In this document: positions 1 to 8,847 of the stretch, in pieces
Layout: each line of letters begins with the position of its first letter
How positions within the stretch are numbered: position 1 is the stretch's first letter
Origin: an uncultured Chloroflexia bacterium
GTDB lineage: Bacteria > Chloroflexota > Limnocylindria > Limnocylindrales > CSP1-4
Direction: 5' to 3'
Length of the DNA: 64,000 nt
Assembly: GCA_963708015.1 (NCBI GenBank)
Contig: OY970185.1
Span: forward strand, 2,135,402-2,199,401
Notes under the pieces: generated by a model
What the model was told of the DNA's origin: nothing
Seen by the model: the letters and a program-made list of their open reading frames with translations, nothing else
Database searches by the model: none
Program-made: the position numbers and the translations under genes

Positions 1-1221
1 AACGGCAAGAGCCCCACGGCCTCCGACATGAACACGATCCGCGACATCATCGAGCGGCGCGTCAACTCGATCGGCGTGTCCGAGCCGGAGGTCGTCACCC
101 AGGGCACGGACCGGATCGTCGTGTCGCTGCCCGGGGCGACCGACGTGAACGAGATCACCCAGCTCGTGGGCACGACCGGCGTCCTCGAGTTCATCCCGCT
201 TCCGCCGGCGACCTACGGCACGGCGAGCACGAACCCGACCGGCGGCCCGACGGGGGTGACCCAGAACAACCCGCTGCCCGATGATCCGAGCCTCGTCCCG
301 CTGTTCGACGGCACGGCGATCACCTCGGCCACCGCGGCGGTCGACCAGAATGGCCAGCCTGTCGTGCAGTTCGACCTGACCTCGGACGCCGCGGCCAAGT
401 TCGCGACCTACACGGCGAACAACGTGGGCAACTTCTTCGCCATCGTCCTGGACGGCACGGTCATCTCCGCGCCGAGCATCAACTCGGCGATCCCGAACGG
501 CCACGGCGAGATCACAGTCGGGGCCGGGACCAGCGCCCAGGACGAGGTCAACAACCTGGTCACCGTCCTCCAGTACGGCTCCCTGCCGTTCCCGATCACC
601 CTCGTCCAGGGGACCACGATCAGCGCGACCCTGGGCGCCGCATTCCTGTCCCAGAGCCTGCTCGGCGGGGCGATCGGGATCTTGCTCGTGTTCCTGTTCA
701 TGGTCCTCTACTACCGCCTGCCGGGATTGCTGGCCGACGGGGCACTGGTCTATTACGCCCTGGTCGTGTACGCGATCTTCCGGTTCATCCCGGTGACCCT
801 GACCCTGGCCGGGATCGCCGGCTTCGTCCTGTCGATCGGCATGGCGGTCGACGCCAACATCCTCATCTTCGAGCGGACGAAGGAGGAGCTGCGCGGGGGC
901 AAGTCGCTCGTCTCGGCGATCGAAGCCGGCTTCAGCCGGGCCTGGAACTCGATCCTCGACTCGAACGTGTCGAGCCTGATCACGGCCTCAATCCTGTACG
1001 CCTTCGGCTCACCGACGATCAAGGGCTTCGCCCTGGTCCTGATCATCGGCATCCTCGTCTCGATGTTCACCGCGATCGTCGTGACCCGAACGGTGTTGCG
1101 CTGGGTCGTGCGGGTCCCGGCGTTCCAGCGAGCCGCCCTGTTCGGAGTCCGGGACGACGAGTTCCTGGGCCGGTTCGGCGCCGGCCGGCCGGCGCGGCGC
1201 GAGGCACGCGCGCGTGTTTGA
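1..1221 (+). CDS. secD: protein translocase subunit SecD (5' partial, N-terminus upstream of window)
   Basis: In-frame translation from nt 1 matches SecD periplasmic head and C-terminal TM core (VSEPEVVTQGTDRIVVSLPG..., DANILIFERTKEELR); no stop before nt 1; overlaps secF start. Confidence 0.9.
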   Translation, partial: NGKSPTASDMNTIRDIIERRVNSIGVSEPEVVTQGTDRIVVSLPGATDVNEITQLVGTTGVLEFIPLPPATYGTASTNPTGGPTGVTQNNPLPDDPSLVPLFDGTAITSATAAVDQNGQPVVQFDLTSDAAAKFATYTANNVGNFFAIVLDGTVISAPSINSAIPNGHGEITVGAGTSAQDEVNNLVTVLQYGSLPFPITLVQGTTISATLGAAFLSQSLLGGAIGILLVFLFMVLYYRLPGLLADGALVYYALVVYAIFRFIPVTLTLAGIAGFVLSIGMAVDANILIFERTKEELRGGKSLVSAIEAGFSRAWNSILDSNVSSLITASILYAFGSPTIKGFALVLIIGILVSMFTAIVVTRTVLRWVVRVPAFQRAALFGVRDDEFLGRFGAGRPARREARARV

Positions 1222-2458
1222 CATCATCGGCAAACGGCGCTGGTTCTTCCTGTTCTCGGCGATCCTGACCATCCCCGGCCTGATCTTCATCATCCTGACC
1301 CCGATCACGAACGGCGCGGTCGGGCTGCAGTTCTCGATCGACTACACCGGCGGTACGAACTGGGAGATCAAGTTCGCGGACCCGTCCGTGACGGCGGACC
1401 AGGTCAAGACGGTTCTCGTCGCAAACGGCGTGTCCGATGCCGAGGTCCTCTCGACCAGTGACGGATATTTCGAAATCCGAACGAAGCTGACCCCGCTCAC
1501 GAGCCCGTCGGCCAGCCCGTCGCCGAGCGGGTCGCCCGGTCCCAGCGGATCGCCGGCTCCGAGCGCCGGGAGCTCGGCCGGGGCGTCGCCCGGGGCGGGC
1601 AGCTCGGCGGGGGCCGGCGCGGCGGCCAGCCCGAGCCCGTCGGCCAGCGCCGTGGCCAGCCCGAGTGCCGCGGCCGGGGCCGGCTCGTCGCCCGGAGCCA
1701 GCCCGGCGGCATCCCTGTCGGTCGTCCGGCCCACCTCGTCGGCGACCCCGGTGACGGGCGGCGGGTCGGTCTCCGACGGCGGCTCGGCTCTGCCCACGAC
1801 CGGGGTCTTCGGTGAGCTCGCCACGGCCCTCCAGAACGAGCTCGGTCCGATCGAGTCCCAGCGCACCCTGACCACGGTCGGGCCGGTCATCAGCCAGGAG
1901 CTGACCCAGCAGGCCGTCCTGCTCGTGATCCTCGGCTCGATGGGGATCCTGGCCTGGATGACGTTCCGCTTCCGGGACGTGAAGTTCGGGGCGACCGCGC
2001 TGGCCGCCCTGCTCCATGACGTCCTCGTGGTGGTCGGGACGTTTGCGATCCTGGGCACGTTCTTCCGGGTCGAGATCGACGCCCTGTTCATCACCGCGAT
2101 GCTGACCGTCATCGGGTTCAGCGTGCACGACACGATCGTCGTCTACGACCGGATCCGGGAGAACAAGTCACGCCACGCCGGTGAGCCGTTCGAACAGATC
2201 GTCAATCACTCGATCCTCCAGACCCTCGGCCGCTCGATCAACACCAGCCTGACGGTCGTGCTCACCCTGTCCGCCCTGCTCCTGTTCGGCGGGTCTGCGA
2301 TCCGCTACTTCGTGCTCGCCCTGCTGATCGGGATCGTGTCGGGCACCTACTCGTCGATCTTCAACGCCAGCCCGCTCCTTGTTGTCTGGCAGAACCGCGA
2401 GGACCGGCGGCGCGGTCGCACCACGGTCGTCCGGCCGGCTCGCCGCCCCGTTGCCTGA
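1214..2458 (+). CDS. secF: protein translocase subunit SecF, carrying a ~110-aa Ser/Pro/Ala/Gly low-complexity insertion in the periplasmic domain
   Basis: N-terminal TM + SecF periplasmic motifs (GLQFSIDYTGGTNWEI, GPVISQELTQQA) and C-terminal SecD/F TM core; adjacent to secD. Confidence 0.9.
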   Translation: MFDIIGKRRWFFLFSAILTIPGLIFIILTPITNGAVGLQFSIDYTGGTNWEIKFADPSVTADQVKTVLVANGVSDAEVLSTSDGYFEIRTKLTPLTSPSASPSPSGSPGPSGSPAPSAGSSAGASPGAGSSAGAGAAASPSPSASAVASPSAAAGAGSSPGASPAASLSVVRPTSSATPVTGGGSVSDGGSALPTTGVFGELATALQNELGPIESQRTLTTVGPVISQELTQQAVLLVILGSMGILAWMTFRFRDVKFGATALAALLHDVLVVVGTFAILGTFFRVEIDALFITAMLTVIGFSVHDTIVVYDRIRENKSRHAGEPFEQIVNHSILQTLGRSINTSLTVVLTLSALLLFGGSAIRYFVLALLIGIVSGTYSSIFNASPLLVVWQNREDRRRGRTTVVRPARRPVA

Positions 2459-2571
2459 GGTGGTCGCCGGCCAAGGCCTGGCTGACCGCGCGCGTCACGC
2501 TACGGGCTGGTCGCACGTCGAGTGCACACGAAGTGAAGTCCCGATGAAGTCCCCGCGCGCAGCCTAGGACG

Positions 2572-4389
2572 ATGCTCGAACCACGTTTCAGCTGGCGCCT
2601 GCCCGAGCCGATCGTGCTGGACCCGGCGCTCGCCCAGCGGGCCGGCCAGCTCGGGCTGTCCGAGCGGGTCGCCGGACTGCTGGCCGGCCGCGGGATCGAC
2701 ACGGCCGAACGGCTCGAGGACTACCTCGGCCCGGCCGAGGTGGGTCTCCATGATCCCGCCCGGCTGCCCGACGCGGGCCTCCTGCTCGAGCGGATCCGGC
2801 TGGCCCGCGAGGAGGGCCAGAGCTGCCTCGTCTTCGGTGACTTCGACGCTGACGGGCTGACCGGCCTGGCGATCATGGTTCGGGCCCTGCGCCGGTTCGG
2901 GCTGGTTGCCGAGCCCTACGTCCCGAGCCGGGTCGACGAGGGTCACGGCCTTTCGCGCCCGGCAGTCGAGCGTGCCGCGGCCGGCGGGCATCGGCTGATC
3001 ATCACGGTGGACACCGGATCGTCGAGCACTGCCGAGGTGGCCGAAGCGGCCGTCCGGGGGATCGATGTCGTCGTCACGGACCACCACCGGGTGCCCGACG
3101 TCCCACCTGCCTGCCTCGCCCTGGTCAATCCCCACCGGCCGGGCGCGACCTATCCCGACGACCGCCTGGCCGGGAGCGGGGTCGCCTTCAAGATCGCCCA
3201 GCTCCTGCTGGCCGACGTGCCGGGCGGTCCGGAGTTCGCCCTCAACCTGGCCGAGCTGGCCGCGATCGGCACGGTCGCCGACGTGGCCCCGATCCTGGGC
3301 GAGAACCGGGCGATCGCCCGGCTGGGACTGGGCCGGCTTCGGACGGCGCCCCTGGTCGGCTTGGCGGCGCTCCTTGCCCGGGCCGGACTGTCGCCAGCTT
3401 CGGCCGACCTGGAGACGGTCTCATTCGTGATCGCGCCCCGGCTCAATGCTGCCGGCCGGGTTGGCAGTGCGGCGGACGCCGCCGCGTTGCTCCTGACCGA
3501 CGACCCGGCCGAGGCGGCCGAGCTGGCGGAGCGGCTCGAGGCGAACAACCTCGATCGCCGGGCCCTGACTCGCAAGGCCGTCAATGAAGCGAACGCCGCG
3601 GTCGCCTCGGAGCCGGGCGACGCGGCGGCGACGGTGATCCAGGGCCCCTGGCCCGTCGGCGTGCTGGGCCTCGTCGCGGCCCGCCTGGTCGAGGAACGGG
3701 GCCGTCCGGCGGTCGTCGGAACGGAGCTGGACGGGGTGATCCGGGCCTCCTGCCGGAGTGCCGGAGGGGTCGACCTGGCGGCGATCCTGACCGGCTGCGA
3801 TGACCTCCTGACCCGGCATGGCGGCCATCCTGGGGCGGCCGGGCTCGAGCTTCCGGCGGAGCGGTGGGCCGCCTTCCGGGCCCGCTTCCTCGAGCTGGCG
3901 GCGGCCGGCCTGGGCCAGGCCGAGGCCGGCCCGGCCTCGCTCAAGGTCGAGCTCGTGCTGCCTGCGCTGGGCCTTGACTACGGGCTCGTGGCCGACCTCG
4001 GCCGGCTCGCCCCGACCGGCCCGGGCAATCCGGATCCCCTGATCGTCGTGGCCGGGCTGACCGTCACCCGGGTTCGGTCCGCCGCCGGCGGCCACACCCA
4101 GCTGACCCTGAAGCGCCGCCTCGACGTGATCGATGGGATCGCCTTCGGCTGGACCGAGCTGGCCGACCTCGTCCACGAAGGCGACCGGCTCGATGTCGTC
4201 GCCCGGCCGGTTGTTCGCTCGTTTGGCGGCTACGAGTCGCTCCAGCTCGAGATCCGGGACGCGGCCCCGTCCGGCTCCAACGCAGCCATCGTCGGCCTGC
4301 TCGCCGGAGGCAGCCCGCTCGGGGCGACCGGCGAGGGCCGGGCGCCGGCGCTCGATGCGCTGGGCGCCGCCGCCGGAGGCGTCGCCTGA
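2572..4389 (+). CDS. recJ: single-stranded-DNA-specific exonuclease RecJ (DHH/DHHA1)
   Basis: DHH motifs (LVFGDFDADGLTG, ITVDTGSS, VVVTDHH), DHHA1 and OB-fold C-terminal region. Confidence 0.85.
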   Translation: MLEPRFSWRLPEPIVLDPALAQRAGQLGLSERVAGLLAGRGIDTAERLEDYLGPAEVGLHDPARLPDAGLLLERIRLAREEGQSCLVFGDFDADGLTGLAIMVRALRRFGLVAEPYVPSRVDEGHGLSRPAVERAAAGGHRLIITVDTGSSSTAEVAEAAVRGIDVVVTDHHRVPDVPPACLALVNPHRPGATYPDDRLAGSGVAFKIAQLLLADVPGGPEFALNLAELAAIGTVADVAPILGENRAIARLGLGRLRTAPLVGLAALLARAGLSPASADLETVSFVIAPRLNAAGRVGSAADAAALLLTDDPAEAAELAERLEANNLDRRALTRKAVNEANAAVASEPGDAAATVIQGPWPVGVLGLVAARLVEERGRPAVVGTELDGVIRASCRSAGGVDLAAILTGCDDLLTRHGGHPGAAGLELPAERWAAFRARFLELAAAGLGQAEAGPASLKVELVLPALGLDYGLVADLGRLAPTGPGNPDPLIVVAGLTVTRVRSAAGGHTQLTLKRRLDVIDGIAFGWTELADLVHEGDRLDVVARPVVRSFGGYESLQLEIRDAAPSGSNAAIVGLLAGGSPLGATGEGRAPALDALGAAAGGVA

Positions 4390-5678
4390 TGGCTGATCGC
4401 GGGAGCACCTCCGAGCCGCGCCGCGGTCCGCAGGATCCCTACGGGCTGATGCCCCGGACCGGCCTCGTGGCCCCGACGATCGCAGCCGTCCTCCTGCTCG
4501 TGATCGCGCTCGCGACCGGGGCCCTGTTCGCCGGCTGGATCCCGATCTCGCTCGCCTCGAAGTCCACCGGGAACGCCGGCGGTGGGGGAGGCGCCGGCAG
4601 CGGGCAGGTCCAGATCAATGCCACGCCGGCTCCGTCCAATGTCGTCGTGACCGACCCCAAGGCGAACATCCCGGGCAGCCTGGTCTACGTCAAGGCCGGC
4701 AACATCTGGATCCAGACGAACGGCCAGGCCACCCAGCTGACCTCGAGCGGGGGAGCCTCCTCGGCGACCTGGTCGCCCGACGGCAAGTGGATCTACTACA
4801 TCCAGACGAACGTCCAGGAGGGTGTCTTCCCCCAGCCGAACAGCGGACCGACCAGGTACACGATGACCGTGCCGACCCTGACCCGGATTTCGCCCGATGG
4901 CCAGACGATCCAGTCGCTCCTGAAAGGGCTCTACCGCAAGAACGGCTACACCTGGTTCTACTGGCTGATCGACCCGGCCGTGTCGCCCGACGGCAAGATC
5001 GTGGCCCTCTTCTCCGATGCGCCCGATCCCACCAACAGCGATGTCTTGCTCCAGCTCTACAACACGAGCACGAAGAAGCTGACCAAGCCGAACCTGGCCG
5101 AAAACCCGCCCTACGGGCACCAGGACGCGGCCTGGCGACCCGACGGCAAGCTCCTCCTGTACGTCCGGAACGGCCGGGACGGCCAGCGCGGGCTGCCCCA
5201 GATCTGGACCTACAATCCGGCCACCGGCAAGGGCAGCGCCTTTGGTGCCCCGGGTTACATGCACCCGTCGTGGTCGCCCGACGGCCTCTACGTCGCGGCG
5301 ACCCGCCAGACGCCCGAGGGCACGGATGTGGCGATCCTCGACGCCCGGACCGGGGCCGAGGTCCTCCGGCTGACCAACGACGGCAGCTCGTGGGCTCCGG
5401 TCTGGTCGCCCCGCGGCGACGCGATCGCCTACCTCCATATCACGGGCCAGATCGTCGACCTGCGGATGATCGGGCTGACTGGCTCGGGACCGTCGTGGAC
5501 CGTGAGCCAACTGCCCGATGTAACCGAGTACAGCGGGCTCGACGCGAGTTCGGGGGCTTCCTGGTACATCCCGCCCGACCAGCTGCCGGCGACGCCGCCG
5601 CCAGCCACGCCCTCGCCCAGACCGGCCTCGCCGAGCGGATCGCCCGGATCGCCCGGTGCATCGCCCAGCCCGTCCTGA
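4389..5678 (+). CDS. membrane-anchored TolB-like beta-propeller protein (PD40/WD40-like repeats) with Pro/Ser/Ala-rich C-terminal tail
   Basis: N-terminal TM helix, repeated W(S/R)PDGK motifs (WSPDGKWIYY, VSPDGKIVALF, WRPDGKLLLYV, WSPDGLYVAA, WSPRGDAIAY); ATGA start/stop overlap with recJ. Confidence 0.7.
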   Translation: MADRGSTSEPRRGPQDPYGLMPRTGLVAPTIAAVLLLVIALATGALFAGWIPISLASKSTGNAGGGGGAGSGQVQINATPAPSNVVVTDPKANIPGSLVYVKAGNIWIQTNGQATQLTSSGGASSATWSPDGKWIYYIQTNVQEGVFPQPNSGPTRYTMTVPTLTRISPDGQTIQSLLKGLYRKNGYTWFYWLIDPAVSPDGKIVALFSDAPDPTNSDVLLQLYNTSTKKLTKPNLAENPPYGHQDAAWRPDGKLLLYVRNGRDGQRGLPQIWTYNPATGKGSAFGAPGYMHPSWSPDGLYVAATRQTPEGTDVAILDARTGAEVLRLTNDGSSWAPVWSPRGDAIAYLHITGQIVDLRMIGLTGSGPSWTVSQLPDVTEYSGLDASSGASWYIPPDQLPATPPPATPSPRPASPSGSPGSPGASPSPS

Positions 5679-6601
5679 TGGCGAGCTACCTCGAGCGGCT
5701 GGCCACCCGGACCGAGCAGGTCGGCTCGGTCCTGTGCCTCGGCCTCGATCCTGATCCGGCTGCCCTGCCGGCGGGCTTCCCGCCCACGGTCGCCGGGATC
5801 GAGCGGTTCTGCCGGTTGCTCGTCGAGGCGGCAGCGCCGTACGCCGCCGCGGTCAAGCCGAACCTGGCCTTCTTCGAGGCGTTCGGCTCGGCCGGGATCG
5901 CGGCCCTCGAGCGGATCCGGGCCGGTTTGCCGAGCGGGATCCTGTTCGTGGCCGATGCCAAGCGGGGGGACATCGGCTCGACGGCGGCCCGCCAGGCGGT
6001 GGCCCTGTTCGACCAGCTCGGGAGCGACGCGATCACGGCCAGTCCGTACGTCGGCGCGGAGGGCCTGGCCCCGTTCCTCGACCGGCCCGATCGCTATACG
6101 TACGTCCTGTGCCGGACCTCGAATCCCGGCTCGGACGAGCTCCAGGGGCTGAGCGTCGCGGGTGGCCTGGACCGGGCCGGGCCGGCCGGACCTGATGGTG
6201 CGGAGCCGCTCCACGAACGGGTCGCCCGGACTGTCGCCGGGTGGGGCCCGGGTGGCACGGTCGGCCTGGTCGTCGGCGCGACCGCCCCGCGCGAGCTCGT
6301 CCGGATCCGGGCTCTGGCGCCCGGCCTCGGCTTCCTCGTGCCGGGCGTCGGAGCGCAGGGTGGGGAAGTCGAGCCGGTGCTCTCGGCCGGCCCGGCCACG
6401 GCGCCACCGGCCGGCAACCGGCCGGGCGGTGGCCTGCTCGTCAACGTCTCGCGGGGGATCGCCCGGGCGGCCCTGGACGGACCCTCCGGGGCCGGCTCGA
6501 ATCGCCCGGCGGACCGTTCGGCAGACCCGGCCGAGCGCGTCGCCCAGGCCGCCCTGAATTGGTCGACCACTTTGGCGATGCCCGTGCTATCGTACGAATG
6601 A
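5678..6601 (+). CDS. pyrF: orotidine-5'-phosphate decarboxylase (type 2)
   Basis: MASYLERL...[10 protein letters not shown]...[11 protein letters not shown]...[14 protein letters not shown] motifs typical of long-form PyrF; ATGA overlap with upstream stop; the longer track ORF from 4787 is spurious overlap. Confidence 0.85.
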   Translation: MASYLERLATRTEQVGSVLCLGLDPDPAALPAGFPPTVAGIERFCRLLVEAAAPYAAAVKPNLAFFEAFGSAGIAALERIRAGLPSGILFVADAKRGDIGSTAARQAVALFDQLGSDAITASPYVGAEGLAPFLDRPDRYTYVLCRTSNPGSDELQGLSVAGGLDRAGPAGPDGAEPLHERVARTVAGWGPGGTVGLVVGATAPRELVRIRALAPGLGFLVPGVGAQGGEVEPVLSAGPATAPPAGNRPGGGLLVNVSRGIARAALDGPSGAGSNRPADRSADPAERVAQAALNWSTTLAMPVLSYE

Positions 6602-6683
6602 AGCTGATCCACAGGCGCGCCTGATCCGTATCGATCAAGGTCGATCGGTCGTCGAGTCCGGCCGTTGCAGCGAGGTCCAGAAG

Positions 6684-7154
6684 ATGCCCACCCTATCGCC
6701 AATCCACTTGATCATCATCCTGGTGATTGCTCTGATCGTGATCGGCCCGGGCAAGCTGCCCGAGGTCGGAGCGGCCCTGGGCAAGAGCATCAAGGAGTTC
6801 CGCAAGGCCGCCAGCGACATCACCGATACGGCCCACGTCGACGCGGCTCCCGCCCCCCAGGCACCGGCCTACGCGCCGCCCCCGCCGGTCTACAGCGCGC
6901 CTGCCGCGCCTGCCTACTCCACCCCGGAGGCCGCAGCCGCTCCAGTTGCTGCCGTCGCCGCGGCGGCTCCGATTGTGGCCGCCGCCGCGCCGATGGCAGC
7001 CCCACCGGTCGCTGCGCCCGAGGCTGCGCCGCCGCCCCCACCCGTCGAGGTGCCCGGCTCCGTGATCGGCGCGCCGATGGCCGCGGCGATGCCCGATGCA
7101 TCGGTCGCGCCCGAGGCCAGCATCGAGTCGCCGGGTTCGCCGTCCGCTTCCTGA
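6684..7154 (+). CDS. tatA: Sec-independent translocase TatA/E with unusually long Ala/Pro-rich C-terminal tail
   Basis: N-terminus [42 protein letters not shown] is canonical TatA TM + amphipathic helix; followed by tatC. Confidence 0.85.
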   Translation: MPTLSPIHLIIILVIALIVIGPGKLPEVGAALGKSIKEFRKAASDITDTAHVDAAPAPQAPAYAPPPPVYSAPAAPAYSTPEAAAAPVAAVAAAAPIVAAAAPMAAPPVAAPEAAPPPPPVEVPGSVIGAPMAAAMPDASVAPEASIESPGSPSAS

Positions 7155-7189
7155 CCGGCCGTCGGGGCACAAGGGACTGAGCCTGCTCG

Positions 7190-7954
7190 ATGGCCGATGA
7201 AACGTTGCCGGCTGGACCGCCGCCCGCGGTAGGCACGGTAGTCAGCGCACCCCCGGCCGACGCCGCGGTGATGCCCCTGCTCGACCACCTGAACGAGCTG
7301 CGCAGCCGAGTCTTCAAGGCGATCCTGGCCGTGCTCCTGGCCAGCGTCGTCGGCTGGTTCTCGGCCACGACCGTCCGGAACTACCTGCTCGACCAGCTGC
7401 CCGGCCACAAGGCCCAGATCCTCGGTCCGGGCGACGCGTTCTTCATCCAGATCAAGATCTCGCTGACGATCGGGGTCATCCTGGCCATGCCGGTCCTGCT
7501 CTATCAGCTGTGGGCGTTCATCGCCCCCGGCCTGACCCCGGCCGAGCGCAAGACGATCCGGCCGTGGATCCCGCTGGCCCTCGTGCTCTTCGCGATCGGC
7601 GTCGTGATCGCCTTCCTCGTGCTGCCCTTCGCGATCGCGTTCCTGCTCGGGTTCACCGACTCGCAGCTGGTCAACGGGATCGCGGCCGGACCGTACTTCG
7701 ACTTCGTGACCACCCTGTTCCTGGCCTTCGGGCTGATCATGGAGTTCCCGATCATCCTGTACGGCCTGGCCCTGGTCGGGATCATCAGCTCGAGCTGGAT
7801 GTCCAAGAACCGGCGGATGCTCTGGCTCGGGATTGCCGCCTTCGCCTTCATCGTGACCCCCGGCGGTGACCTGGTCAGCCCGTCGGTCCTGGCCGTCACG
7901 ATGATCGTCCTGACCGAGCTGACCAGGCTGGCGATCAAGCGCTCGGGTCGATGA
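7190..7954 (+). CDS. tatC: Sec-independent translocase TatC
   Basis: LDHLNELRSRV..., 6 TM helices, TatC family signature; immediately downstream of tatA. Confidence 0.9.
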   Translation: MADETLPAGPPPAVGTVVSAPPADAAVMPLLDHLNELRSRVFKAILAVLLASVVGWFSATTVRNYLLDQLPGHKAQILGPGDAFFIQIKISLTIGVILAMPVLLYQLWAFIAPGLTPAERKTIRPWIPLALVLFAIGVVIAFLVLPFAIAFLLGFTDSQLVNGIAAGPYFDFVTTLFLAFGLIMEFPIILYGLALVGIISSSWMSKNRRMLWLGIAAFAFIVTPGGDLVSPSVLAVTMIVLTELTRLAIKRSGR

Positions 7955-8847
7955 CCGAGGCCGAGCCCGGGACGCCGCCCCCGGATCAGCACATCGTCAT
8001 CCTGAGCGGGCTCTCGGGGGCCGGCAAGACGGCCGCCACGAAGCTGTTCGAGGACCTCGGCTACACCTGCGTCGACAACCTGCCGGGCGAGCTCCTGCCG
8101 GACCTGGCCGAGCTCGTGTCGGAGGATCGCGAGCGGTTCGAGCGGGTCGCGATCGTGCTCGACGTGCGGGCCGGCAACGCCTCGCTCGCCCTGGCCGCCG
8201 TACGCGGCGCGCTCGAAGGGCGGGGAATCGTGCCCCAGGTGTTCTTCCTCGAGGCCCGCGACGAGGTCCTGATCCGGCGCTTCTCCGAGACCCGCCACCG
8301 CCATCCGTTGGCCGACCAGCGCGGGATCGCCAGCTCGATCGCCGAGGAGCGCCGCGTGCTCGATCCGGTCCGGGACGAGGCTGACGTCGTCCTGGACACC
8401 TCGGACCTGTCGCTGCGCGAGCTGCGCGAGCGGATCTTCGCCCACCTGGGCGAGCAGCAGGCGACCGATCGACTGGCGATCCAGCTGATCAGCTTCGGCT
8501 TCAAGTTCGGGGTTCCGCTCGAGGCGGACCTCGTCTTCGACGTCCGGTTTATGCAGAACCCGTACTACATCGAGGAGCTCCGCCAGCAGTCGGGCCTGAC
8601 CGAGGCCGTCCGCAACTACGTCCTCGGCCAACCAGTCACCGAGCGCTTCCTGGCCTTCCTGGCCGAGTTCCTGACCTTCGCCATCCCGGCCTACGTCGGC
8701 GAGGGCAAGACCCGGCTGACGATCGGGATCGGCTGCACCGGCGGCTATCACCGGTCGATCGCGATTGCCGAGGCGCTGGCGGCCTGGCTCCGGGAGGCCG
8801 ATTTCGGGGCCGTCTCAGTCTTCCACCGGGAGCTCGACCGGGCGTGA
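7951..8847 (+). CDS. rapZ: RNase adapter / nucleotide-binding protein RapZ (YvcJ, UPF0042)
   Basis: P-loop ILSGLSGAGKTAA and conserved C-terminal TIGIGCTGGYHRS motif; first gene of conserved rapZ-yvcK-whiA triad. Confidence 0.9.
   Translation: MTEAEPGTPPPDQHIVILSGLSGAGKTAATKLFEDLGYTCVDNLPGELLPDLAELVSEDRERFERVAIVLDVRAGNASLALAAVRGALEGRGIVPQVFFLEARDEVLIRRFSETRHRHPLADQRGIASSIAEERRVLDPVRDEADVVLDTSDLSLRELRERIFAHLGEQQATDRLAIQLISFGFKFGVPLEADLVFDVRFMQNPYYIEELRQQSGLTEAVRNYVLGQPVTERFLAFLAEFLTFAIPAYVGEGKTRLTIGIGCTGGYHRSIAIAEALAAWLREADFGAVSVFHRELDRA

Noticed and set aside
4389-5678. TolB of a Tol-Pal system
   Set aside because: No tolQ/tolR/tolA/pal nearby and the lineage appears monoderm; called only as a PD40 beta-propeller protein.
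4787-6601. 604-aa ORF apparently spanning TolB-like gene and pyrF
   Set aside because: Only the portion from ATG 5678 (ATGA-coupled to the upstream stop) matches PyrF; the upstream 297 codons are an out-of-frame overlap of the propeller gene.
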